A stretch of DNA of 35,945 nt, from contig JAEZVM010000257.1 of the NCBI GenBank assembly GCA_023420795.1, positions 1 through 35,945 on the forward strand, in the 5' to 3' direction. The position numbers were made by a program, and so were the translations under genes. A model generated the notes under the pieces. The model ran no database searches and had not been told where the DNA came from. It saw nothing but the letters and a program-made list of their open reading frames with translations. Every line of letters begins with the position of its first letter. The stretch's first letter is position 1. This stretch comes from Pseudomonadota bacterium (GTDB lineage: Bacteria; Pseudomonadota; Gammaproteobacteria; Burkholderiales; Burkholderiaceae_D). Below are positions 1 through 10,343 of the stretch, piece by piece.

Positions 1-961
1 CATAGAACGCGGTCTTGACCAGCGGCGAGTGGCCGATCGAATAGGCGATCTTGCGGCATTCCTCAACGCTGGCACCTTCTTCCACGGTAATCGTCATGAA
101 CTTGGTCGCACCTTCGCCGTCGCGCACGATCATCTGGGCCAGTTGCTGCGACAGCGCAGTCACCGCCGCCGACAGTTCGACATATTCGGGCGAGCCGATT
201 TCGCTCACCTCCAGCTGCCCGGCACCGGTGGCGATCAGCATGAAGGAATCATTGGTCGAGGTATCGCCGTCGATCGTAATGCAGTTGAAGGATTTGTCCG
301 CTGCTTCCTTCACCATATGCTCCAGCACCGGCTGCGCGACCTTCGCATCCATCGCGAGGAAGCCGAGCATGGTGGCCATGTTGGGCTTGATCATGCCGGC
401 GCCCTTGCTGATGCCGGTCAGCGTGACGGTTTTGCCGGCGACTATGACGGTACGCGACGCGGCCTTCGGCTGCGTGTCGGTGGTCATGATCGCTTCCGCC
501 GCGTTGTACCAGTTGTCAGCGTTCAGGTTCGCCAGCGCCTGCGGCAGGCCGGCCTTGATGCGATCGACCGGCAGCTGCTCCAGGATCACGCCGGTCGAAA
601 ACGGCAGGATCTGCGACGGCTCGCATTCGAGCAGATCGGCCAGCGCAGTGCAGGTCGCATTCGCATTCGCCAGACCCGTATCACCGGTGCCGGCATTCGC
701 ATTGCCGGTATTGATGACCAGTGCGCGGATAGGCGTTCCCGCCAGACGAGAGCCTTCCAGATGCGCCTTGCACACCTGCACCGGCGCCGCGCAAAAACGG
801 TTCTTCGTGAACACGCCGGCCGCGCTTGCGCCGGGCGCCAGCTTCATCACCAGCAAATCCTTGCGATTGGCTTTGCGAATGCCGGCTTCGGCGTAACCGA
901 GTTCGATACCGGCGACCGGTTTCAGGTCGGCGGCGACAGGAAGAGGAAGATTGACGGCCAT
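1..961 (-). CDS. argJ: Glutamate N-acetyltransferase / amino-acid acetyltransferase ArgJ, 5' part (runs off the window)
   Basis: Not in the ORF track because it has no stop in the window. Manual translation from ATG at 961: [37 protein letters not shown]...[13 protein letters not shown]...NTGNANAGTG...FSTGVILE...IMTTDT...[14 protein letters not shown]...DGDTSTND, all ArgJ motifs. Confidence 0.95.
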   Translation of the reverse strand, partial: MAVNLPLPVAADLKPVAGIELGYAEAGIRKANRKDLLVMKLAPGASAAGVFTKNRFCAAPVQVCKAHLEGSRLAGTPIRALVINTGNANAGTGDTGLANANATCTALADLLECEPSQILPFSTGVILEQLPVDRIKAGLPQALANLNADNWYNAAEAIMTTDTQPKAASRTVIVAGKTVTLTGISKGAGMIKPNMATMLGFLAMDAKVAQPVLEHMVKEAADKSFNCITIDGDTSTNDSFMLIATGAGQLEVSEIGSPEYVELSAAVTALSQQLAQMIVRDGEGATKFMTITVEEGASVEECRKIAYSIGHSPLVKTAFY

Positions 962-1058
962 AGGAAATCTGTCGAATTGAAGGGAACGGATAAGTTGGAA
1001 CGATATTGTAATCGCATCGATAAAAGCTGGGCCTTACGAATTGCGAGCGCCAGAAATG

Positions 1059-1085
1059 AAAAAGGGCAGGATTCCCTGCCCCTTT
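1059..1085 (-). terminator. Intrinsic terminator downstream of secA
   Basis: Stem GGGCAGG (1064-1070) / CCTGCCC (1075-1081) with 4-nt loop, followed by TTTTT on the minus strand, ~25 nt after the secA stop. Confidence 0.7.
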
Positions 1086-1109
1086 CCGCCTTATATCAAC
1101 GGTTGTGCA

Positions 1110-3875
1110 TCAGGCCAGTTTGCCGTGGCATTGCTTGTACTTCTTGCCGCTGCCGCAAGGACATGGATCATTGCGTCCGACCTTCGGCATGGCATTGACC
1201 ATCGGCTGCTGCCGCTGCTCCTCGGCTTCCGCCGTCGGCGCCAGCAACTCTTCCGGCGCCGCATCCGGATTGAAGTCGGCGTGCTGGTAATGCACGTTTT
1301 CCACATGCGGCTGTGCCAGTTGCGCTTCCGCTGCGTCGATTTCCTCGCGCGACTGGATGCGAACCGTCATTACGATGCGCACCACTTCGTTCTTGATCAG
1401 TTCCAGCATCTGGCCGAACAGCTCGAAAGCCTCGCGCTTGTATTCCTGCTTCGGATTTTTTTGCGCATAGCCGCGCAGATGGATGCCCTGACGCAAATGA
1501 TCCAGCGCAGCCAGATGCTCGCGCCAGTGGGTGTCGATGCTCTGCAACATGACGCTGCGCTCGAAGCCCGCGAATGCATCCTTGCCGACCAGCGCCAGCT
1601 TGGCGTTGTAGCTGTCATCAACCGTCTTCAGCACGCGCTCCAGCAGCTCGTCGTCGGTCAGGTTGGGTTCGGCTTCCAGCATCTTCGACAAGGGAACTTC
1701 CAGCTGCCATTCCTTTGCCAGCGCGTTTTCCAGCCCCTTGATATCCCACTGCTCTTCCACGGATTCTGCCGGCACATGCTCGCGGAACAGGTCGGTAAAC
1801 AGGCCGTGCCGCAGCGATGCGATCAGCTCGGACACATCCTGCGCTTCCAGCAGTTCATTGCGCTGCTGGTAAATCACCTTGCGCTGATCGTTGGCGACGT
1901 CATCGTATTCCAGCAACTGCTTGCGAATATCGAAGTTGCGCGCCTCGACCTTACGCTGCGCCGATTCGATTGAGCGGCTGACGATGCCGGCCTCGATCGG
2001 TTCGCCTTCCGGCATCTTCAGCCGGTCCATGATCGCGCGTACGCGGTCACCGGCGAAGATGCGCAGCAGCGGATCATCCAGCGACAGATAGAAGCGGGAG
2101 GAGCCCGGGTCGCCCTGACGGCCGGAACGGCCACGCAACTGGTTATCGACGCGGCGGGACTCGTGACGCTCGGTACCGATGATATGCAGGCCGCCAGCCG
2201 ACACCACATGGTCGTGCAGCGACTGCCATTCATCGCGCAGCTTCTGCGCCTGAGCCTGCTTGTCGGTATCCGAAAGATTCGCATCGGCTTCGATCAGCTG
2301 GATCTGCTTATCAACATTACCGCCCAATACGATGTCAGTGCCGCGGCCGGCCATGTTGGTCGCGATCGTGATCATCTTCGGACGGCCGGCCTGCGCGACG
2401 ATTTCGGCTTCGCGCGCATGCTGCTTCGCGTTCAGCACGTTGTGCGGCAGCTTTGCACCGGTCAGTATCTTCGACAGCAGTTCGGAATTCTCGATCGAGG
2501 TGGTGCCGACCAACACCGGCTGTCCACGCTCGTAGCAATCCTGGATATCCTTGAGCATCGCGTTGTACTTTTCCTGCGCGCTCTTGTACACCTGATCCTG
2601 CCGGTCCTTGCGCTGGCTCGGCTTGTTCGGCGGGATCACCACGGTTTCCAGGCCGTAGATTTCCTGGAATTCGTAGGCTTCCGTATCGGCGGTACCGGTC
2701 ATGCCGGACAGCTTGCCGTACATGCGGAAGTAATTTTGGAAGGTAATCGAAGCCAGCGTCTGGTTCTCGTTCTGGATCTTCACGCGCTCCTTGGCTTCAA
2801 CTGCCTGATGCAGGCCGTCGGACCAGCGGCGGCCCGTCATCAGGCGGCCGGTGAATTCATCGACGATCACCACTTCGCCGTTCTGCACCACATACTGCTG
2901 GTCCTTGTGGAACAGCGTATGCGCGCGCAATGCGGCATACAGATGATGAATCAGCGTGATGTTGGCGGCGTCATACAGCGACGCGCCTTCCGGCAGCAGG
3001 CCCATGCGTGTCAGGATCTGTTCCGCCTTGTCGTGACCCGCTTCGGTCAGCAGTACCTGATGTGACTTCTCATCCTTCGTGTAATCGCCGGGCACCTCGA
3101 TCTTGCCCTTGCCGTCCGGCGTTTCCTCACCGATCTGCAGCGTCAGCAGCGGCGGCACCTCGTTCATCTTGATGTACAGGTCGGTATGATCCTCGGCCTG
3201 GCCGGAAATGATCAGCGGCGTTCGCGCTTCGTCGATCAGGATCGAATCGACTTCATCGACGATGGCGAAATTCAGCGCGCGCTGCACGCGGTCGCCGGCG
3301 TCGTATACCATGTTGTCGCGCAGGTAGTCGAAGCCGAATTCGTTGTTGGTGCCGTAGGTAATGTCGGCGGCATAGGCGCGCTGCTTGTCGTCGTGCGCCA
3401 TCTGCGACAGGTTGACGCCGGTGGTCAGGCCCAGCCAGCCGTACAGCTTGCCCATCCATTCCGCATCGCGCTGTGCCAGGTAATCGTTGACGGTCACCAC
3501 ATGCACGCCCTTTCCGGCCAGCGCATTCAGATAGGCGGCCAGCGTCGCCATCAGCGTCTTACCTTCACCGGTGCCCATTTCCGCGATTTTGCCGTAATGG
3601 AGGACCATGCCGCCGATCAGCTGCACATCGAAGTGGCGCATCTTCAGGACCCGCTTGCCAGCCTCGCGGCAGACGGCGAAGGCTTCCGGCAGGATGTCGT
3701 CCAGCTTTGCACCCTTGGCGATGCGCTCCTTGAATTCCGGCGTCTTTGCCTGGAGTTCGGCGTCGGAAAGCTTCTCCATTGCCGGTTCCAGCGCATTGAT
3801 GTCGCGGACGGTTTTCTGATATTGCTTGATCAGTCGTTGATTGCGACTGCCGAAAATCTGGGTCAGTAATGACAT
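1110..3875 (-). CDS. secA: Preprotein translocase ATPase SecA
   Basis: MGTGEGKT Walker [44 protein letters not shown]-terminal Zn motif [13 protein letters not shown]. Start placed at ATG 3875 (MSLLTQIFG). Confidence 0.99.
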   Translation of the reverse strand: MSLLTQIFGSRNQRLIKQYQKTVRDINALEPAMEKLSDAELQAKTPEFKERIAKGAKLDDILPEAFAVCREAGKRVLKMRHFDVQLIGGMVLHYGKIAEMGTGEGKTLMATLAAYLNALAGKGVHVVTVNDYLAQRDAEWMGKLYGWLGLTTGVNLSQMAHDDKQRAYAADITYGTNNEFGFDYLRDNMVYDAGDRVQRALNFAIVDEVDSILIDEARTPLIISGQAEDHTDLYIKMNEVPPLLTLQIGEETPDGKGKIEVPGDYTKDEKSHQVLLTEAGHDKAEQILTRMGLLPEGASLYDAANITLIHHLYAALRAHTLFHKDQQYVVQNGEVVIVDEFTGRLMTGRRWSDGLHQAVEAKERVKIQNENQTLASITFQNYFRMYGKLSGMTGTADTEAYEFQEIYGLETVVIPPNKPSQRKDRQDQVYKSAQEKYNAMLKDIQDCYERGQPVLVGTTSIENSELLSKILTGAKLPHNVLNAKQHAREAEIVAQAGRPKMITIATNMAGRGTDIVLGGNVDKQIQLIEADANLSDTDKQAQAQKLRDEWQSLHDHVVSAGGLHIIGTERHESRRVDNQLRGRSGRQGDPGSSRFYLSLDDPLLRIFAGDRVRAIMDRLKMPEGEPIEAGIVSRSIESAQRKVEARNFDIRKQLLEYDDVANDQRKVIYQQRNELLEAQDVSELIASLRHGLFTDLFREHVPAESVEEQWDIKGLENALAKEWQLEVPLSKMLEAEPNLTDDELLERVLKTVDDSYNAKLALVGKDAFAGFERSVMLQSIDTHWREHLAALDHLRQGIHLRGYAQKNPKQEYKREAFELFGQMLELIKNEVVRIVMTVRIQSREEIDAAEAQLAQPHVENVHYQHADFNPDAAPEELLAPTAEAEEQRQQPMVNAMPKVGRNDPCPCGSGKKYKQCHGKLA

Positions 3876-3938
3876 GCTTGAATTTTCAAAAAGGCGCCGC
3901 GATGTCATCGCGGTGGCCGGGCTTGGGCTAAATTGCGG

Positions 3939-3947
3939 ATTTTATCA
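3939..3947 (-). promoter_or_regulatory. Candidate extended -10 promoter for secA
   Basis: TGaTAAAAT on the minus strand, ~64 nt upstream of the secA ATG. Confidence 0.5.
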
Positions 3948-4088
3948 TGCAGCCTGAGTGGGGCCGCCTGACTTGGAACCGGAAGGGCAAAAGATTGCAC
4001 GCCCGAAAAAGCCGGGCAATCGGGATGTCAAATGGGGATTAAAAGCCAGGAAACAATACCAACCCGGCTTTCACACCAGCGACAAGAA

Positions 4089-5039
4089 TTACTTGAGGGA
4101 CAGGGCGGCGATTTTCGCCTGATCGGCACCCAGCGCGAGGAATTTGCGCGGATCCTGCTGGGCACCCTTTACCAGCACTTCGAAATGCAGGTGAGGGCCG
4201 GTAGAACGTCCGCTGGAGCCGATATCGGCGACATGCTGCCCGCGCCGGACGATGTCACCCACCTTGGCCAGCAAGCGGGAGGTGTGCGCGTAGCGGGTCA
4301 CAATATCGTTGCCATGGTCGATTTCGAGCATGTTGCCGTACTGATGGTGATACTCGGCCGCGATCACGACGCCGCCGGCCGCGGCGATGATCGGTGTACC
4401 TGTGGCGGCAGCAAAGTCGATCCCTTCGTGAAACGCCTGGCGTCCGGTAAACGGATCGAGCCGCCAGCCGAAGCTGGATGCGTTATAGCCGACATTCACC
4501 GGCGGGATCGTCGGCAGCAGCTTGGATTTGATCTTGTGATTCATCAGCGCCGATTCCACCACGTTCATGTAGTCCGCGCGGTGCTCGACATCCTTGGCCA
4601 TGACCTCCAGCAGTTGCTGGAATTCGTTCATGCTCAATGGCTTGACTTGCACGCTCGGCTCTTCCATGCCGCCGCGACCAGGCAATTCCTTGAAATTGAA
4701 TTCCTGCGGCTTGACGCCCGCCAGGCTCTGAACCCTCTCGCCCAGCGCATCCAGCCTCATTAGTTGCGCCTGCATTTCGCCCAGCTTCATCGCCATCGCC
4801 GCCAGGTTTTCCTTTACATACCTGTCTTTCTTTTCGGTGTCATCCTGGACAGCGGAAGCGAGCGCATCGCGCACTACAGGAATATCGAGATGGGCGGCAT
4901 GGCGGAAGGTCAGGTAGTACAGCAGGGACGCGGCCATCACGACGGATACGACAAACAGCACTCCCGCGAACAGCAGATGCCAGCGCGTCAGAGTGAGCGT
5001 CTTGGCATTGAAGCGGGGATGCAACAGAATGATTTGCAT
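4089..5039 (-). CDS. M23 family peptidoglycan metallopeptidase (N-terminal TM helix and coiled coil)
   Basis: HEGIDF (HxxxD), YAH and STGPHLHFEV (HxH) motifs; hydrophobic N-terminal segment; SD GGAG before the ATG; usual position upstream of secA. Confidence 0.93.
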   Translation of the reverse strand: MQIILLHPRFNAKTLTLTRWHLLFAGVLFVVSVVMAASLLYYLTFRHAAHLDIPVVRDALASAVQDDTEKKDRYVKENLAAMAMKLGEMQAQLMRLDALGERVQSLAGVKPQEFNFKELPGRGGMEEPSVQVKPLSMNEFQQLLEVMAKDVEHRADYMNVVESALMNHKIKSKLLPTIPPVNVGYNASSFGWRLDPFTGRQAFHEGIDFAAATGTPIIAAAGGVVIAAEYHHQYGNMLEIDHGNDIVTRYAHTSRLLAKVGDIVRRGQHVADIGSSGRSTGPHLHFEVLVKGAQQDPRKFLALGADQAKIAALSLK

Positions 5040-5090
5040 GACAACTCCTCCGAATCCTCCAGCGTCGGCGAGGTGTGATAAGGTTTGGAC

Positions 5091-5612
5091 ATGACGCGTC
5101 CCTCCTCATTTATTTCCTCGCAACAACGTTTTCAGTCTACACGCGCGCCCCTTAAAAAAAGGAGCAGCGTTACAGGTGTTACAGATTTTCTGCGCGCGCA
5201 TGAAAAAATGGCCGCTTTGTTGCCGGCCGTAACGCGTCTGGTTGCCCTGCAAAAAGAATGCGAGACACTTCTCCCCGCGCTGTTTGATAGATGTTCCGTC
5301 ATGCAGTTCGAAGCGGGGAACCTGGTTCTTTCTGCACCGAACGCTGCAATGGCGACGAAACTACGGCAGCAATTGCCCAATCTGCAAGAAAACTTGCTAA
5401 AACAAGCTTGGCAGGTTAACGCAATAAGAATTAAAGTGCAAGTTGGAAAGATTTCTGATAAGAAAATCCCACCCAAGCAGCTGGTGCTGCCCGCACAGGC
5501 GATTTCCGCCTTGTCCTCCTTGCAGAATTCGCTGGAAGACTCGCCATACAATCAATCACTGAAAGCCGCCCTTAATACGATGCTGCGCCGGCATCGCAAG
5601 GAACGGCCATAA
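5091..5612 (+). CDS. dciA: DciA / DUF721 family protein (replicative helicase loader)
   Basis: Core 'LVLSAPNAAMATKLRQQLPNL...IRIKV' fits DUF721; conserved opposite-strand position between lpxC and M23/secA. Start at ATG 5091 is uncertain. Confidence 0.8.
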   Translation: MTRPSSFISSQQRFQSTRAPLKKRSSVTGVTDFLRAHEKMAALLPAVTRLVALQKECETLLPALFDRCSVMQFEAGNLVLSAPNAAMATKLRQQLPNLQENLLKQAWQVNAIRIKVQVGKISDKKIPPKQLVLPAQAISALSSLQNSLEDSPYNQSLKAALNTMLRRHRKERP

Positions 5613-5638
5613 GATTCTAATTGGGAACGGGCGAATTT

Positions 5639-6574
5639 TTAACTGTACGCCCACTCCTGCCCTGCTTGCATCGCATACGCGCTGGGCGCAGCTTCGGCGG
5701 AATCGAAGCTCACGATCTCGTATGCATCCGGCTGCTCCAGCAAGGCGCGCAGCAACTGATTGTTGAGGCCATGCCCGGATTTGTGGGCCACATAACTGGC
5801 AAGCAACGGATGGCCAACCAGATACAGGTCGCCAATCGCATCCAGGATCTTATGGCGCACAAACTCATTGCCATAGCGCAGACCATCCGGATTCAGGATG
5901 CGGTATTCGTCCATCACGATCGCGTTTTCCAGCGAGCCGCCACGCGCCAGTCCCATGCCGCGCAGGGTTTCCACATCCTGCATGAAGCCGAAGGTGCGCG
6001 CACGTGCGATTTCCTTGATGTAGGACTCGGAGCCGAAATCGACTTCGGCGGTCTGACCGGTGCCATCAACGGCGGGATGATTGAACTCGATGAAGAACTT
6101 CAGCTTAAAGCCATTGTACGGCTCGAGACGCGCCCATTTTTCCTGCGCCCCGCTGCCTTCGCGCACTTCCACCGGCTTCTTCACCCGGATAAACTTCTTC
6201 GGCGCGTTCTGCTCCTGCAAACCTGCCTGCTGCAGCAAAAAGACAAAGGTGGACGCGGAACCGTCCATGATCGGGATTTCTTCCGCAGTCAGATCGATAT
6301 ACAGGTTGTCGATGCCGAGGCCGGCGCAGGCCGACATCAGGTGTTCGACCGTCGATACCTTCGCGCCCTCGCGCGTCAGCGTCGAAGCCATGCGGGTGTC
6401 GCCGACGCCGCCGGCGCTGGCGGGCAGTTCGACGGGCGGATTCAGATCGACGCGGCGGAACACGATACCGGTATCCGGCGCGGCGGGGCGCAGCGTCAGT
6501 TCCACCTTGGTGCCGGAATGCAGGCCGACGCCGATGGTCTTGACGACTTGTTTGACAGTGCGTTGTTTGAGCAT
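5639..6574 (-). CDS. lpxC: UDP-3-O-acyl-N-acetylglucosamine deacetylase
   Basis: [45 protein letters not shown] motifs. Confidence 0.99.
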   Translation of the reverse strand: MLKQRTVKQVVKTIGVGLHSGTKVELTLRPAAPDTGIVFRRVDLNPPVELPASAGGVGDTRMASTLTREGAKVSTVEHLMSACAGLGIDNLYIDLTAEEIPIMDGSASTFVFLLQQAGLQEQNAPKKFIRVKKPVEVREGSGAQEKWARLEPYNGFKLKFFIEFNHPAVDGTGQTAEVDFGSESYIKEIARARTFGFMQDVETLRGMGLARGGSLENAIVMDEYRILNPDGLRYGNEFVRHKILDAIGDLYLVGHPLLASYVAHKSGHGLNNQLLRALLEQPDAYEIVSFDSAEAAPSAYAMQAGQEWAYS

Positions 6575-6580
6575 TGTGGA

Positions 6581-6589
6581 AGTATAGCA
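6581..6589 (-). promoter_or_regulatory. Extended -10 promoter immediately upstream of lpxC (probably leaderless)
   Basis: TGcTATACT followed by 6 nt (TCCACA) then ATG; no Shine-Dalgarno visible. Confidence 0.6.
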
Positions 6590-6676
6590 ACTAACCCGCG
6601 AGTCAGTTGCTGCAGGATGCCCGCCTGTTGGGCTCGCGCCACGCGCGACGAGGGCATTATTGCCATCCCTGCATCA

Positions 6677-8161
6677 TCATTCCAGCCAGTGACACGCACG
6701 CTGTACCGCACGTCTCCAGGTGGAAAGCCGCTGCTCCCTTTCATCGTTGGACATGCGTGGTTCAAAGCGCTTCTGCACCTGCCACTGCGCGACAATTTCC
6801 TGCATCGAGCCCCAGAAACCGACTGCCAGGCCGGCCAGATAGGCGGCGCCCAATGCCGTAGTCTCGGTCACGACCGGCCGCACCACCGGAACGCCGAGCA
6901 CATCTGCCTGGAACTGCATCAGCAGATCGTTGCAAGCAGCACCGCCATCGACCCGCAATTCGGTCAGGCCGATCGCCGCATCCTTCTGCATCGCTTCCAA
7001 TACATCGGCGCTCTGGTACGCAATCGCCGCCAGCGTCGCGCGCGCGATATGCGCCTTGGTGGTGCCGCGGCTGATGCCGACGATGGTGCCGCGCGCATAC
7101 GCATCCCAGTACGGCGCACCCATACCGGAAAAGGCTGGCACCACGAACACACCGCCGGTATCAGGCACGCTGGAAGCCAGCGCTTCCACTTCGGCAGAAC
7201 TCTGGATGATGCCGAGGCCGTCGCGCAGCCACTGCACCGCCGCACCGGCATTAAATACACTGCCTTCCAGCATGTAATCGGTCTGCTCACCCAAGGTCCA
7301 GCCTATCGTCGTCAGCAGGTTGTTGCGCGATTCGATTGCCTGCCTGCCGGTATTCATCAGCATGAAGCAGCCGGTACCATAGGTGTTTTTTGCCATGCCT
7401 GGATGATGGCAGGCCTGGCCGAAGGTGGCGGCCTGCTGGTCGCCGGCGATGCCGGCTATCGGAACCGGAGCGCCGAGCAGCGCTTCATCGGCGACGCCCA
7501 CGATCCCGCTGCTGGACACCACCTGCGGCAGCAGGTTCTTCGGGATATCGAGCAGGCCGAACAATTCATCGTCCCACTGCATCGTGTGGATATTGAACAG
7601 CAGTGTGCGCGACGCATTGCTGGCGTCGGTCGCGTGCATCCCGCACAGCTTCCAGATAAGCCACGAATCGATGGTGCCGAACGCCAGCTCGCCGCGCTCG
7701 GCTTTTGCGTGCGCGCCGGGGATGTTATCGAGCAGCCACTTCAGCTTGGTGCCCGAAAAATAGGCATCCAGCACGAGCCCGGTCTTTTTCTGGAATACCG
7801 GCTCCTGGCCCTGCTCGCGCAGCGCATCGCAGATGTCTGCGGTGCGGCGGTCCTGCCAGACGATCGCGTTAGCAATCGGCTCGCCGGTGCGGCGATCCCA
7901 CAGCACGGCTGTTTCGCGCTGGTTGGCAATGCCGATGGCAGCGATGTCGGATGCGCGTGTGTCGGTCCGCTTCAGCACCTGCCTTGCAACCTCGAGCTGC
8001 GTGGTCCAGATTTCATTGGCGTCGTGCTCGACCCAGCCGGACCGCGGGAATATCTGCCGGAACTCCTGCTGCGCGATGCCGTGGATCTGCCCCGCATGGT
8101 CGAACAGGATCGCGCGGGAACTAGTCGTGCCCTGGTCGAGGGCGAGGATGTATCTGCTCAT
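6677..8161 (-). CDS. glpK: Glycerol kinase
   Basis: [61 protein letters not shown] motifs. Confidence 0.98.
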   Translation of the reverse strand: MSRYILALDQGTTSSRAILFDHAGQIHGIAQQEFRQIFPRSGWVEHDANEIWTTQLEVARQVLKRTDTRASDIAAIGIANQRETAVLWDRRTGEPIANAIVWQDRRTADICDALREQGQEPVFQKKTGLVLDAYFSGTKLKWLLDNIPGAHAKAERGELAFGTIDSWLIWKLCGMHATDASNASRTLLFNIHTMQWDDELFGLLDIPKNLLPQVVSSSGIVGVADEALLGAPVPIAGIAGDQQAATFGQACHHPGMAKNTYGTGCFMLMNTGRQAIESRNNLLTTIGWTLGEQTDYMLEGSVFNAGAAVQWLRDGLGIIQSSAEVEALASSVPDTGGVFVVPAFSGMGAPYWDAYARGTIVGISRGTTKAHIARATLAAIAYQSADVLEAMQKDAAIGLTELRVDGGAACNDLLMQFQADVLGVPVVRPVVTETTALGAAYLAGLAVGFWGSMQEIVAQWQVQKRFEPRMSNDEREQRLSTWRRAVQRACHWLE

Positions 8162-8206
8162 TAGGCGTATATCTATAGAAATTCAAATCTGGCGCGGCCC
8201 GAGCAG

Positions 8207-8233
8207 AAAAGGCGCAGCTCGCGCCACGCCTTT
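8207..8233 (-). terminator. Terminator-like hairpin between glpV and glpK
   Basis: mRNA GGCGUGGC-GCGA-GCUGCGCC-UUUU: 8-bp stem with two G-U pairs, GNRA loop and short U tract. Confidence 0.6.
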
Positions 8234-8258
8234 CATTCCCGGTCGATACGAGTGAATA

Positions 8259-9983
8259 TTACTTCACGCGCCCTTCCTTCCACGCCTGCAGCAGCTTTTC
8301 ATAGGCAATCGTCTCGCCTTTCGGTTTTTCGTTTGCCAGCTTCTTCCACGGCGCAGCGTTTTCCGACAGATACTTGCCCGGGTCGCCTTTCGCATTGAGC
8401 TTAGGCGCGCAATTCTTCATGCCCGCACGCTCCAGCCGCGCCATCACCCGGTCCATTTCATCGGCCAGATTGTCCATCGCAGCCTGCGGCGTCCTTTCGC
8501 CGGTCACTGCAGTCGCAACGTTCTTCCACCACAGCTGTGCCAGCTTCGGATAGTCCGGCACATTGGTTCCGGTCGGCGTCCATGCGACGCGCGCCGGGCT
8601 GCGATAGAACTCGATCAGGCCGCCATACTTCGCCGCGTTCTTCGTGAAGTATTCATGGCGGATATCGGAATCGCGCACGAAGGTCACGCCGACAATGGAT
8701 TTCTTGAGCGAGGTGGTTTTCGCATTAACGAACTGCGCATACAGCCAGGCGGCAGCCTTGCGGTCGTCCGGCGTCGATTTGAAGAAGGTCCACGAACCGA
8801 CATCCTGGTAACCGTTCTGCATGCCATCCTTCCAGTACGGGCCATGCGGTCCGGGCGCCATGCGCCACTTCGGCGTGCCGTCCGGATTGATGACGGCGGA
8901 TGCCTTGGTCATTGGCGCAGTGAACGCGGTGTACCAGAAGATCTGCTGCGCGATCTCGCCCTGTCCCGGTACCGGTCCGGCCTCGGAGAAGGTCATGCCG
9001 CCCGCCTGCGGCGGCGCATACTTCTTCATCCATTCGACATACTTGGTCAGCGCATAGACGGCCGCCGGCGAATTGGTCGCACCGCCGCGCGCGACCGATG
9101 CGCCGACCGGCGTGCACTTGTCGGCGGCGACGCGGATGCCCCATTCATCAACCGCCAGTCCGTTCGGGATGCCCTTGTCCGCCGTGCCCGCCATCGACAG
9201 CCATGCATCGGTGAAGCGCCAGCCGAGCGACGGGTCCTTTTTGCCGTAGTCCATGTGGCCGTAGACCTTCTTGCCGTCGATTTCCTTCACGTCGTTGGTG
9301 AAAAAGCTGGCGATGTCTTCATAGGCGGACCAGTTGACCGGCACGCCGAGCTCATAGCCGTACTTGGACTTGAACTTTTCCTGCAGGTCCTTGCGCGCGA
9401 ACCAATCAGCGCGGAACCAGTACAGGTTCGCGAACTGCTGGTCCGGCAGCTGGTACAGCTTGCCGTCCGGCGCCGTGGTGAAGCTGGTGCCGATGAAATC
9501 CTTGATGTCGAGATTCGGGTTGGTGAACTCCTTGCCCTTGCCCGCCATATAGTCCGACAGCGGCTCGATCGCGCCGTAGCGATAGTGGGTACCGATCAGG
9601 TCGGAGTCCGAAATCCAGCCGTCGTAGATGCTCTTGCCCGATTGCATGGAAGTCTGCAGCTTTTCGACGACGTCGCCTTCCTGGATCAGGTCATGCCTGA
9701 CCTTGATGCCGGTGATTTCCTCGAAGGCTTTCGCCATCGTCTTCGATTCATAGACGTGCGTGTCGATGGTTTCGGACACCACGCTGACTTCGTTGACGCC
9801 TTTTGCCTTCAGCTTGGCGGCGGCGTCAATGAACCATTTCATCTCGTCGAGCTGCTGCTGCCTGTTCAGTGTGGATGGCTGAAATTCCTGATCCACCCAT
9901 TTTTCCGCCGCCTTCATGTCGGCCCAGCTTGCGCCCGAGGCCAGCATGGCGGCAACGGCCAACGCCGTCAGTCTTAGTCTCAT
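8259..9983 (-). CDS. glpV: Glycerol ABC transporter periplasmic substrate-binding protein
   Basis: Signal peptide MRLRLTALAVAAMLASGASWA; SD GGAG; large sugar-SBP family sequence; position in a glpD-ABC-glpK operon. Start at ATG 9983. Confidence 0.88.
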   Translation of the reverse strand: MRLRLTALAVAAMLASGASWADMKAAEKWVDQEFQPSTLNRQQQLDEMKWFIDAAAKLKAKGVNEVSVVSETIDTHVYESKTMAKAFEEITGIKVRHDLIQEGDVVEKLQTSMQSGKSIYDGWISDSDLIGTHYRYGAIEPLSDYMAGKGKEFTNPNLDIKDFIGTSFTTAPDGKLYQLPDQQFANLYWFRADWFARKDLQEKFKSKYGYELGVPVNWSAYEDIASFFTNDVKEIDGKKVYGHMDYGKKDPSLGWRFTDAWLSMAGTADKGIPNGLAVDEWGIRVAADKCTPVGASVARGGATNSPAAVYALTKYVEWMKKYAPPQAGGMTFSEAGPVPGQGEIAQQIFWYTAFTAPMTKASAVINPDGTPKWRMAPGPHGPYWKDGMQNGYQDVGSWTFFKSTPDDRKAAAWLYAQFVNAKTTSLKKSIVGVTFVRDSDIRHEYFTKNAAKYGGLIEFYRSPARVAWTPTGTNVPDYPKLAQLWWKNVATAVTGERTPQAAMDNLADEMDRVMARLERAGMKNCAPKLNAKGDPGKYLSENAAPWKKLANEKPKGETIAYEKLLQAWKEGRVK

Positions 9984-10057
9984 ATCTCCACCTTTTCTTG
10001 CCTTCCCATGAAATAGAACGCGCGACGGGGGAAAGTTGGCCGCCACGCGCCGCGGCC

Positions 10058-10342
10058 TTATCCCCAACGCATCACCACCAGCAGCACCACGAAGCCGATT
10101 GCCGCACCTATCCACTGTTCCAGGTCGGTCAGGCCGGCCCAAGCGAGATTTACATAAGCAGCGCTCAGCAATCCGATGAACAGACGATCACCGCGCGTGG
10201 TCCTGATCGGCAGGAAGCCCTTGCGTTCGATGCTCGGCGATTTCATCTGCCAGATCGTCATGCCTGTCAGCATCAGCGCGATCGCGGTAAAAAACATGGC
10301 CACCGGCGGCGTCCATGCCATCCAGGAAAACGTGCCTTCCAT
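10058..10342 (-). CDS. glpU: Small integral membrane protein, DUF2160/GlpU type
   Basis: WMAWT...RKGFLPIRTTRGDRLFIGLL motif with three hydrophobic segments, between permeases and SBP. Confidence 0.8.
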   Translation of the reverse strand: MEGTFSWMAWTPPVAMFFTAIALMLTGMTIWQMKSPSIERKGFLPIRTTRGDRLFIGLLSAAYVNLAWAGLTDLEQWIGAAIGFVVLLVVMRWG

Positions 10343-10343
10343 G

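Noticed and set aside
29..1198. 389-aa and 281-aa plus-strand ORFs
   Set aside because: Antisense shadows of argJ, which is missing from the ORF track only because it is truncated by the window edge.
5621..8164. 847-aa plus-strand ORF spanning lpxC and glpK
   Set aside because: Antisense frame kept open by high-GC codon bias; no recognisable motifs; both minus-strand genes are unambiguous.
9984..10142. N-terminal extensions given by the ORF track (glpV here; also glpQ, glpT, glpD, murD, murF, mraZ, secA)
   Set aside because: Downstream starts fit SD sites, stop/start overlaps and family N-termini better; no sign of real fusions or frameshifts.
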